Source: a virus
Taxonomy: Duplodnaviria; Caudoviricetes
DNA: 31,824 bases
Direction: 5' to 3' (one strand)
IMG/VR virus record: IMGVR_UViG_3300044678_001816
Coordinates: 1 to 31,824 of that record
The position numbers and the translations under genes are program-made. The notes below the pieces were generated by a model. It saw nothing but the letters and a program-made list of their open reading frames with translations, did not search any database and was not told where the DNA came from. Shown one piece after another: positions 23,533 through 31,824 of this stretch (positions are counted from its first letter, which is position 1; each line of letters begins with the position of its first letter).

Positions 23533-25657
23533 TTGCTTCTCCGGTTTTCGTGTCGTACTCAACTTCTTCACCATTCTGTGACCGAAGAATAATTCGTCCC
23601 AGGTTAGCGCCAAGAATAAAATCCCTAGCCGTTTTGGCAGCCCCAGGACGGCTAGGATTTACAGATAAAAGTCTCGACGCTAGCCTAGCTTTAGCCGGAT
23701 TCAAAAGAACTTTTTCAGAGAACTTTGTTAATCCAATTACAGCAGCCACTTTAGTAGCACCGCTACTGAATAATCTGCTAGGATTTCCTGGAAGTTGTGC
23801 AAGATCCGAAGCAGCTCCAAGAGCTGCGTTTGCTTCTTGCGTTTTCAAGGCTAGCAAGCCGATATTAGAAGGATCTCCAGAAATAACTGACTGCCTTTTC
23901 GCAAAGTAATCAATTGCTTTTCGTTGCTCCCCGGTCAGTAGTTGTCTCGCTACCTCCTGCGTTTTTCCTCTCGACCATTCCCGCAAAAGTGCCTGCCCGT
24001 TAACTTGCCCGGTTCCCTCGTTAGTATATTTCTCCATAAAATTTTGTAAGAATCTACCCGCGGTCAAGTCTTTTCCGGCAATGCTAGCCATTTTTCTAGC
24101 CCTGCCAGGAGAGTCGAAAGCGCCTTTCCAGAAGTTCTCAGGAAGCTGTTCGCGTTCGGCTTCCATGAATTGTTTGTTTACTCGGGAAGTAAAAATTTTG
24201 AAACGTTTCTGGGATTCGCCAAGGGCTTCCTGGTATAAGTCTTTAGCTCCAGCCGGCCATAGCATTTCCATAGAATCTAACGTATCTGCATCCAGGCGCT
24301 TTTTAAGCTCTCGTAAGATACGACGTTCGTTCTTAGGAAGAAGTCCAGCTTCGTTCTCATATAACGCGCGATTGATGTTGGCTTGCAAAGCACGAACATC
24401 TGCATACGGAAGTACTTTTGCATCGCTAAATGCCTCAAGTTGTTTTGCTACCTGCTTTAGCGGACCCTGCAAAGCAGGAGAATTGTTAGCCGCTTCAATA
24501 GCACTGAGTATGTCTGGAAGCTGCGACTTGGCATAATCTCGTACGCCTTCTACGTTAATTGGGCCTGCAACATTTTTAATTTCTGGGGTTGGTTTTCCAG
24601 GACGCTTTCCGTACGGAGTTACAATATCAGCCCCTGGAACCATTTTTCCAGTAGGAACTGGCCTAGTAAATGCTTGTGCGATTTCTGCTACTTTATCGAA
24701 CAAGGCATTTTCAGCAGCCCGCATTTTTTCGCGCAGTGCGACAGACCGCTGCATTCCAACACGTCCCGCCTCTTCGCTAGACATTGCACCAGCAATAGCA
24801 TCTTTTCCAAAAGTTGTTTTAGTAGCTCCTGGAGTGGGTTTGCCCAAAGCGGACAATCTCGAAGGAGCAACAGTTAACAAATTCGCTTCGGTAGCTTGTT
24901 GTCTAGCGATAGCTTTTTGCGCTGGAGTAAGCAAGTCTTCGAGCAAAGATTGTCCAGTAACCATGCCAACGGTCATTGGAACTTCTTCGGCGCCAGCGTT
25001 AATTGCTTCGCGTATCTTTGGCATTACATCCAAAGGATTGCCAGCGGTGTCGCGTGGAATTACGATCGAACTACCAAGTAGTCTTTTGTAAATAGCTTCT
25101 TTCGTGCCTCCAGCAGTACGAATATCACCTAAAAAATTTCCAACGCCACGCCCAGCCGCACCTACAAGTTTTCCTAGTCCGCCAAACCCAAGCGCCATTC
25201 CAGCGTCAAGTAATCCTTGTTGAGCAGCTTCTCCGGGCGATACTTCTTCAATAGGGCGTGTTAGTGCTTGCCCAGCAATATCGCCCACAGCAGCTCCAAC
25301 GCCCCCTTTAATTGCATCAGCTAAAAGTGGAAAACGCTGAGCAACCGCTAAACCACGCCCAATGGGAGAAGCTGCAGCTGCCATGCTAAGAATACCCGCT
25401 ATTGTATTTCTGGGAGTATTTATACCAGCTGGATCTAATTGCGCACGTATATCCCCCATATTGCCCCGTAGCGGCCCCGACGCCTCAGCTAGAATTTTTT
25501 CACGCGCTGGAATACGCATTGGAGCGGTAGTAGGCTTAAAGCTAGCCTCTTTTCCGCTCGCAATGGACTCCGGAGCTTTAAGTTCCGTAAAAGCGCCAGA
25601 AGCATCTTTAACAAAAATGGTGTTTCCTACTTTGTAAGTTTCTCTAGGGTCTGCCAT
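23516..25657 (-). CDS. internal virion/DNA ejection protein (large)
   Basis: 713 aa, Ala/Gly-rich hydrophobic segments then helical body; last of three genes after tail genes, as in P22/T7-like podoviruses. Confidence 0.7.
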   Translation of the reverse strand: MADPRETYKVGNTIFVKDASGAFTELKAPESIASGKEASFKPTTAPMRIPAREKILAEASGPLRGNMGDIRAQLDPAGINTPRNTIAGILSMAAAASPIGRGLAVAQRFPLLADAIKGGVGAAVGDIAGQALTRPIEEVSPGEAAQQGLLDAGMALGFGGLGKLVGAAGRGVGNFLGDIRTAGGTKEAIYKRLLGSSIVIPRDTAGNPLDVMPKIREAINAGAEEVPMTVGMVTGQSLLEDLLTPAQKAIARQQATEANLLTVAPSRLSALGKPTPGATKTTFGKDAIAGAMSSEEAGRVGMQRSVALREKMRAAENALFDKVAEIAQAFTRPVPTGKMVPGADIVTPYGKRPGKPTPEIKNVAGPINVEGVRDYAKSQLPDILSAIEAANNSPALQGPLKQVAKQLEAFSDAKVLPYADVRALQANINRALYENEAGLLPKNERRILRELKKRLDADTLDSMEMLWPAGAKDLYQEALGESQKRFKIFTSRVNKQFMEAEREQLPENFWKGAFDSPGRARKMASIAGKDLTAGRFLQNFMEKYTNEGTGQVNGQALLREWSRGKTQEVARQLLTGEQRKAIDYFAKRQSVISGDPSNIGLLALKTQEANAALGAASDLAQLPGNPSRLFSSGATKVAAVIGLTKFSEKVLLNPAKARLASRLLSVNPSRPGAAKTARDFILGANLGRIILRSQNGEEVEYDTKTGEATKVQE

Positions 25658-27006
25658 TATTTGTTCTCCATGAAGAATTCTGCAATTCCGGCTTCTTGAA
25701 TAATCTTCATTTTTTCAACATCGGACAAGCTACGATAACCAGCATTAAAATTTGCGACAAAATCTTTTTTGAGTTCTCTAATCCTGCGTAGATTGTCTGC
25801 ATCTCGATTGACCCTAGGCGCTTCGGAGGGAAGAATGCCTAATTGCCGCTCGAAGTCTTTATCCGTAAGAACCCCTCGAACGCCAAGTTGCTTACGCGAA
25901 TAATCTTCGATCTTAGCTCTTAGAGAAGCTGCTAGATTGGCGCGCTCGCTGACAAATGGAAGTGTCGAGGTAACTGGACTACGCGCAATTTCCTGGCGTA
26001 ATCTTTCAGCGTCTCTAATAAAAGATGCAGTTGCTTGCAATTGACCAATTCCATTGGCTTGGGCTCTACTAAGAACTGGAATGTTTTGTTTTTTAAGTTC
26101 GTTAATTACCGTATTTCGAAGAACACTGGAAACTTTACCCATGTCTTCAACGGCGTAAGTTCCATTCCGGAATAACTCTAATTGACCTTCGACATCTGCA
26201 ACCTGCTCGCCGGCTTTTCGCGCCGTGTACAGTCCTTCAGCGAATGAAATAAGATTTTTACGATTGTTCGCGGCGACCTGTTGTAACGCTAACCTATTTG
26301 CCTGTCGAGTAGCTTCTAGTTCTGTCGCCGTTTTCGCTTTAACGCCAGCGACTGCAAGATCCTGAGCGCCTTTAAGTTTAATTTCTTCTTGCTTTGCTTG
26401 GGATTTAGCTTTAGCTAATTGAGTCTCAAAAGGCAACTTAGCTTCTGCTTGCGCGCCAGCGATTCGTCCAGCTTTAGCGACTTCTGCTTGAGCGAGTAAC
26501 CCTTGCTCCATCAATTTACGACCTAGAGTTTCTTCATAACCTGGAAATTCTCGAAGATCGAATTGTCCAATTCCAGGAACATCTAGAAGGGGTTCGCCTC
26601 TACGATTAGTTTGAGGCAATGCAAATTCTTGCCCAAGTTGCATTGGCGCGGATTGAGGCATAGTTTCCTGCAACGGAAGTTCTTGTGCTGCACTTGGAAT
26701 AAGCAATTGCTGGGCGATAGGATTCATTTGCGGAGCCGCAAGTCCGCCAGGCAAGTTTTCTGTTATCGTTGGAATACGACGTTGTCCACTTGCCAATTGC
26801 GAACGAAGCATATTTTCTACTTCGAAGCGTCGCATAGTTGCAGCGACTTTATCTTCAGCTTCTTGGCGTTTAGTTTGCCGCTCGAATTCTTTAATCTGGC
26901 GTTCGCGATCTTGCGCTGCAATTGTATCTTGTTCGCGTTGCCGTTTAAGATTCTGGCCAGCAATAAACGCTTGGATGATGGGACCTGCAAAGTCGTTAAT
27001 AGCCAT
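25657..27006 (-). CDS. internal virion/DNA ejection protein (middle)
   Basis: 449 aa, Q/A/R-rich coiled-coil, no Cys; TAATG coupling. Confidence 0.7.
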   Translation of the reverse strand: MAINDFAGPIIQAFIAGQNLKRQREQDTIAAQDRERQIKEFERQTKRQEAEDKVAATMRRFEVENMLRSQLASGQRRIPTITENLPGGLAAPQMNPIAQQLLIPSAAQELPLQETMPQSAPMQLGQEFALPQTNRRGEPLLDVPGIGQFDLREFPGYEETLGRKLMEQGLLAQAEVAKAGRIAGAQAEAKLPFETQLAKAKSQAKQEEIKLKGAQDLAVAGVKAKTATELEATRQANRLALQQVAANNRKNLISFAEGLYTARKAGEQVADVEGQLELFRNGTYAVEDMGKVSSVLRNTVINELKKQNIPVLSRAQANGIGQLQATASFIRDAERLRQEIARSPVTSTLPFVSERANLAASLRAKIEDYSRKQLGVRGVLTDKDFERQLGILPSEAPRVNRDADNLRRIRELKKDFVANFNAGYRSLSDVEKMKIIQEAGIAEFFMENK

Positions 27007-27008
27007 AA

Positions 27009-27605
27009 TTATTTCTTAAATGCCCCCTGGCCATACAAAAAAGCGGCGAGCGAAGAACCGGAACCCAAAGCACCTCCCAACATATTTCCAGGCGTCGTAG
27101 TAGTTCCTGTGCCAGTTTGGCTGCTAGTTCCTGTTTGAGTAGTTCCGATCGGAAGCGTCGCGAAGAAGCGCGAAAGATCTTGCAAACGGTTAGAGCGAAT
27201 TTGTTCTTCTTGCATCGGCATTTGAGCAAGAAAATTAACGAGCTGATTCTGGCGATTGACGTCTCCGCCACCTAACGTATTCAAACCAGCGGTCGTTCGC
27301 CCAAGACCACGCGACGTTAACGATTGCTGAAGTAGCCTACGACGAATGGCTTCAGCATTGTTAATGTTTTGAACACCTGCTTCTGTAGCGCCGCGAATAA
27401 AGTCCGGCGTAGTTTCTGTAGCGCCTAGCAGTTGACGTAAAATGTTATTTCTTACGTCAAGTTCAGTCTCTCCGTACACTGGCATACTGCTTTGTGTACT
27501 AGACGTATTCTGGCTAGAACTCTGCTGTGTCGTCTGTTTTCGGTTGGCCGCTGCGCCGCCTAGGGCACCAAGTCCGGCAATGAGTGCTGGAATAAAGAAA
27601 GGCAT
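27009..27605 (-). CDS. internal virion/pilot ejection protein (small)
   Basis: Gly/Ala-rich hydrophobic ends (IPALIAGLGALGG; LGGALGSG), S/T/Q-rich linkers. Confidence 0.75.
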   Translation of the reverse strand: MPFFIPALIAGLGALGGAAANRKQTTQQSSSQNTSSTQSSMPVYGETELDVRNNILRQLLGATETTPDFIRGATEAGVQNINNAEAIRRRLLQQSLTSRGLGRTTAGLNTLGGGDVNRQNQLVNFLAQMPMQEEQIRSNRLQDLSRFFATLPIGTTQTGTSSQTGTGTTTTPGNMLGGALGSGSSLAAFLYGQGAFKK

Positions 27606-27612
27606 TTTTCTC

Positions 27613-28968
27613 CTAAGTTGACAAATAAACTGCTACAATGTTTGTGTTTGTATCGACATAACTGGTACCAGTTCCAGTTACTTTTTTAGCTTGCAATTTT
27701 GCTGTTTTCGGTTGCCCAGTTACGTTTATAATCCAACTGCGACTTCCAGTAGATCTTAAAAATATAGTTGAAGCAGCCCCCATACGGATCAAACCACTTT
27801 GTGCGACGCCGTCATAAACCAACTGCCCCTGAATATCATCATCGTTCAGCGTTTTTGTTCCATCTACGTTGCAATTAATTAACCATTTTCCATTTTTATT
27901 TAGACTCACAGACACGCCGGCAACGTCCGCAAAGGTTGTCGTTAGCGTGAGCAAAGAGCTACAATTAGCATTTAGTTCGCTATTTGTATCTACGCCAGGC
28001 AGCGATCCTGTAATTGTTCCAGAGAAGTCAATATCAACGGCCCACAGCTTTTTAACTCGTTTTGCTGAAGAACCTATGTCTACGTTGTTATTAACAAAAG
28101 GAACAAAATTACCATTGGCTAGCATCTCCCATCGAACATCCGGCGCACCGGAAGTGTTCGTAGTAATGAACATGAACTTACCAGCTACCGAGCTGCCGCT
28201 AGGAATTGCTTCTACTTCACATTGAATATAACAGGCATTTCTAAAGCTACCGCTGTTATACCCCCGGAACGCTACAATTCCTAATGTATCTCCTGTAGTT
28301 ACATCAGTAGGTGCGGCTATAGTTCCACGGCCGCGACTAAAAAATTGTCTGACTGCCCCGCTCGCCGTAGTGCCAAAAAAATTACCGCTAAAATTGGGAT
28401 TAGTAGTTTGCGCCGTTAGATTAATAGAAGTCCCTGCCCAAAGGGTGTTCCATCGCAGCGAAGTATTACCGAGGTCTCCAGCGTTATCAGTCAATGGAAT
28501 AATGCTTTTATCTAAGCATAACCCAATACCAGGGTCTATAAAAGCTCTATAGTTAAGTGCTGGAGTTACACTATCTAACCAACGAATTTGATAGTTTGGG
28601 TCCGAGCCGCCAATCGGATTGTCAAATCCTACGTTAGTTTTCCATTGCCTAAGTCCATCAGCCGTGTAAAACCAACCATCAACTAAGCGTAGGGATCTAG
28701 CGAATCTAACTTCTTCATAGAACAAATGAATTAATCGGTGTATGATTTGCCCTTCACTTGGCGTAGCATCAATGTCGGTAAGATCAAATTGCGAGGTGTT
28801 TGTTAAAATCTCTTGACGAATTACTTGCGTACTTTGCGAGCGTTTTATAAGCGCCCGCACCTCGTCCAATGAAACACCGCTTTGCAAACTGCGAGAAGCA
28901 ACTTGGTCTAAACGGCGTTCTATGGAGTTTATTGCTAGTTCTGCGTCCCTAAGAGTTTTTACGATCAT
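27613..28968 (-). CDS. tail fibre/needle-like protein
   Basis: N-terminal coiled coil; two P..DN..DLG....RW-type motifs; RGTIAAPTDVTTGDTLGIVAFRG; beta-rich C-terminal domain. Confidence 0.75.
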   Translation of the reverse strand: MIVKTLRDAELAINSIERRLDQVASRSLQSGVSLDEVRALIKRSQSTQVIRQEILTNTSQFDLTDIDATPSEGQIIHRLIHLFYEEVRFARSLRLVDGWFYTADGLRQWKTNVGFDNPIGGSDPNYQIRWLDSVTPALNYRAFIDPGIGLCLDKSIIPLTDNAGDLGNTSLRWNTLWAGTSINLTAQTTNPNFSGNFFGTTASGAVRQFFSRGRGTIAAPTDVTTGDTLGIVAFRGYNSGSFRNACYIQCEVEAIPSGSSVAGKFMFITTNTSGAPDVRWEMLANGNFVPFVNNNVDIGSSAKRVKKLWAVDIDFSGTITGSLPGVDTNSELNANCSSLLTLTTTFADVAGVSVSLNKNGKWLINCNVDGTKTLNDDDIQGQLVYDGVAQSGLIRMGAASTIFLRSTGSRSWIINVTGQPKTAKLQAKKVTGTGTSYVDTNTNIVAVYLST

Positions 28969-31823
28969 TGCATTTTAACCCACTTCATAGAAGTTTCTGC
29001 ACCGCTAAGGGCAACCTGATATTCCCCATAGATTCTATGAAATTCTTGATTGGCTTGCAGTTCTATCCTGCAAACTTGCCCCATAATAAACTTGGGAAAC
29101 CGAACTTCATACATGGCCTGAACGTTGGGCGTTACAACTAGCGTTCCGGAATCTACCAAAGAATCTTGCATAAATACCCGGTAGACAATAGAGCTGCCCG
29201 TAGGAATAACACGCAATCTGAAAGCAAATAGCTTTCCAAGTTTCTTGAACTCTATTGGGCCTAACTGATCGAGTCGTTTTGCAACTGGCAAAACTTCTAC
29301 GACTTCCGGTTGTAACATTCCATAAAACTCGAAGCCGCTTCCGGTTAAAGTACCACCAACATCAATTCCAAAAGCATCGGAATCAAAGTAATACAAAACC
29401 GTTCGTTTCTCTGTTGTATTGAAAATAGCGCTGGGATAAGCAACGCCGTCAATAGTCGGAGTATACGTTACGTTTTGTCCTTTCGTGTCGATAACTAGTG
29501 GAATAGTTCTTATGCGTTTGCGAGCGGCACTACCCCAATTGGTAGAACTAAGCCGCATAAAGCTAGCAAGCGCCGGAAGTTTTTCATAAACACAGTCGTT
29601 GTAGTCAGGGCCATAGTATTCAAAATCTCCCGTAGAAGCCGTTAACGTACCTTCGATGTCAATTCCAGTTGCTTCCGTCGCGAACGTATAAATAACCGTT
29701 TGCTTGCGCGATGTGTTATAGGTTTGCGGCGCGAACGTAACCCCGTCAACGGATGGGACGAAGACGACGTTATTTCCTTTAGTGTCGATAACGAACGCAA
29801 ATTGATTGATACGCTTGCGAGAAGAAGTTCCCAGATTTGTTGCACTAATGCGCTTGAATTTGAGCGAATCAGGTAGTACTTCAACTTCGCGCGGTGTAAT
29901 GAGTTCATAAAATTCAAATACACCGCTAGCGCATTCTAACAATCCACCAACGTCAATAGCACGTTTGTCGGCCGTAAATTGATAGTTGTAAGTCGTCTTG
30001 TTACTTGTATTGATCGTGCCCGCTGGCTCCGCAACACCGTCCAGCAGCGGCGTAAAGGTTACGCTATTTCCCAGGGTATCGATCACCATTGGAATTTCAG
30101 GAATACGTTTGCGCCCTTGAACACCAAAATTACTTGGTGGAACCCTCAGGGTTGTAACTTGCTCTGGTCGAAGCTCGTATGCAATTGAAATGTTATAGAT
30201 ACGACAGGCTGCGACGTTAGCCCCGGAAATTTCAAGCTGAAGGCGTTTCTGGACACCTAACGTACTGTATATACCGAATGTTTTTTCTTCTCGCCCCGTA
30301 AACGTCGCCGTTGTTGTAAAAGAAAGCGGCGTATTTCCATCGAGGAGGCCACGCAACGTCAAGGTCACACTATCGCCGCCGGAATCCATATCCACTTTTA
30401 GCGTAAAAACGTCTTTGCGATTCTTGGGACTACCGCCAGTGTCGTATACGGTACGGAGTAAGAAATTCCACTTTGTAGTTTCGTCAATTAACGTTCCGAT
30501 TTCCATCTGGTGTAGGTATTTATCCCCAGAAGTTTCGGTCGTATACAAAATAACGCCATCTTCTTCAACGAATAATTGCAGTGGATTATTCGCAGCTACC
30601 GCTTGTCTCTGATAGCGCCACGTTTTTGCGCCAAAATCAAACACGCACAAGCAACGTCCTGTAGTAACTTGCTCCATAGACACATACAACTGTCCGCGAG
30701 TAATAATCGCAGACGTTGTGTTACCATTTTTAGCAAGAACTCGGAACGGATTTAATCCATGGCGAGTGTCACCTTGAAACAGCAAGTCAAGTTCCCGGCT
30801 TAGTAATTGCGAATTTGACCCAGTTAAATAACGCCAACCGTCGCTAGCCAAGTAGAAAAGCGTAGAATCCTCTACGGCAAACGCAGAAGAGATAGGAGCT
30901 TGTTTAATGCCAAGGCTAGAAAGACTTAAATTGATATCCCCGCCGGCATCAATAGTAGCGTCACCAGCTAATAAATAGATATCTTTGCTCGTGGCAACAT
31001 AAATAGCGCGTTCAGCTACTTTCGTAATGAATAAAATTACTTCACTATCTTCGCTAGCTATTTCGATTGTACGGTTAGCGTCGATGAGGCCAGGATTATT
31101 CGGAAGCGACAAATAGAGCGCGCGCGTATCTGCATAGATAGCTCGCTCAAAAAATGGCGAAACAACCGAAATCACGTTATCGGGCGGAAGCGCGACGCCA
31201 AAATCTAGCCGCCCGTCCTCGCCTTGAAGCAAGGCTTCTGTATCTGAAAGCGAGTCGCTAAACGCCGAGTAATTGCAGTAAGAAACTTCGCCCGTTAACG
31301 TGCCAAAACTGGTCGAATTGACCGGAATAGAGAACGTGCTAGTCGATAGCACGGTTACTGCAAAATTACCATTAATGCCAGACCACAAGCCAGTGCCACC
31401 GCGAACTGCAATGGTATTGCCATTTACAAGTCCGTGAGTTGCTTTTGTGAAAACGGCAGCCGCTGCATTACTAATCCCGGTGGGAAGTTCTCGCGTGAGT
31501 TCTTTGATTAGATAGTACCCATCCGTTTTATCGGAGGAGCGATAAATTCTAACAAAGTTAGCCTGTGCATTGGGCGCGTTTGGCGTAATTAAGTTACTAG
31601 AAGCATAAGTAGTAACATCACTGCCGGCAGTTCCTGGTAACGAATTTTCAACATAAGAACCGGTGTTGCGGCAATCTACCTGAATGTAACTAAAATTCCC
31701 CGTTAAAGAGCCTAATGTACCGCCAGTAAACTGAAAGCCGTTAACAACAGAAGTTTGAGCATCTGTTGCAAAAACCGTAACGCGAATACCTTTAACGGTG
31801 GACCAACTTAACGCATCATCACT
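28965..31823 (-). CDS. large tail hub/nozzle protein, 5' truncated by window edge
   Basis: Frame stays open from 31388 to the window end (SDDALSWSTVKGIR...); beta-propeller-like middle and tandem ~99-aa C-terminal repeats. Confidence 0.8.
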   Translation of the reverse strand, partial: SDDALSWSTVKGIRVTVFATDAQTSVVNGFQFTGGTLGSLTGNFSYIQVDCRNTGSYVENSLPGTAGSDVTTYASSNLITPNAPNAQANFVRIYRSSDKTDGYYLIKELTRELPTGISNAAAAVFTKATHGLVNGNTIAVRGGTGLWSGINGNFAVTVLSTSTFSIPVNSTSFGTLTGEVSYCNYSAFSDSLSDTEALLQGEDGRLDFGVALPPDNVISVVSPFFERAIYADTRALYLSLPNNPGLIDANRTIEIASEDSEVILFITKVAERAIYVATSKDIYLLAGDATIDAGGDINLSLSSLGIKQAPISSAFAVEDSTLFYLASDGWRYLTGSNSQLLSRELDLLFQGDTRHGLNPFRVLAKNGNTTSAIITRGQLYVSMEQVTTGRCLCVFDFGAKTWRYQRQAVAANNPLQLFVEEDGVILYTTETSGDKYLHQMEIGTLIDETTKWNFLLRTVYDTGGSPKNRKDVFTLKVDMDSGGDSVTLTLRGLLDGNTPLSFTTTATFTGREEKTFGIYSTLGVQKRLQLEISGANVAACRIYNISIAYELRPEQVTTLRVPPSNFGVQGRKRIPEIPMVIDTLGNSVTFTPLLDGVAEPAGTINTSNKTTYNYQFTADKRAIDVGGLLECASGVFEFYELITPREVEVLPDSLKFKRISATNLGTSSRKRINQFAFVIDTKGNNVVFVPSVDGVTFAPQTYNTSRKQTVIYTFATEATGIDIEGTLTASTGDFEYYGPDYNDCVYEKLPALASFMRLSSTNWGSAARKRIRTIPLVIDTKGQNVTYTPTIDGVAYPSAIFNTTEKRTVLYYFDSDAFGIDVGGTLTGSGFEFYGMLQPEVVEVLPVAKRLDQLGPIEFKKLGKLFAFRLRVIPTGSSIVYRVFMQDSLVDSGTLVVTPNVQAMYEVRFPKFIMGQVCRIELQANQEFHRIYGEYQVALSGAETSMKWVKMQ

Positions 31824-31824
31824 A

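Noticed and set aside
28965-31388. 31388 as start of the tail protein
   Set aside because: The frame is open to the window edge, so the true start lies outside.

Overview
Most of the genome of a tailed dsDNA phage with P22-like podovirus architecture. No integrase, repressor, phage RNA polymerase, tRNA or CRISPR array is visible. A minus-strand late operon runs from 6864 off the left edge (membrane/holin-like genes, small and large terminase, portal, scaffold, major capsid). What looks like its continuation enters from the right edge (tail hub, tail fibre, three ejection proteins, ending at 23516). A plus-strand early/replication block (7924-23335) encodes an SNF2 helicase, a pyrimidine-dimer glycosylase, a Cas4-like nuclease, a Sak4-like ATPase, an SSB-like protein, a UDG-fused family A polymerase and a DUF3987-type ATPase, but no recognisable primase. 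The most unusual DNA is non-coding. (1) About 750 bp at the divergence point (probable genome terminus) is tiled with motifs matching binding sites of different host proteins: a perfect parS, three sigma54 -24/-12 sites, a four-unit Alphaproteobacteria/Acidobacteria-type LexA array, three phased DnaA-like boxes and three Fur-like boxes. These are mixed with a 9-bp tandem array, (GA)24 and (ACAAC)5. (2) A ~440-bp imperfect palindrome with an AT-rich centre (9453-9894) is a candidate origin, flanked at a distance by two inverted identical 23-mers resembling the ColE1 primosome assembly region. All protein and motif calls are by eye; no database search was run.
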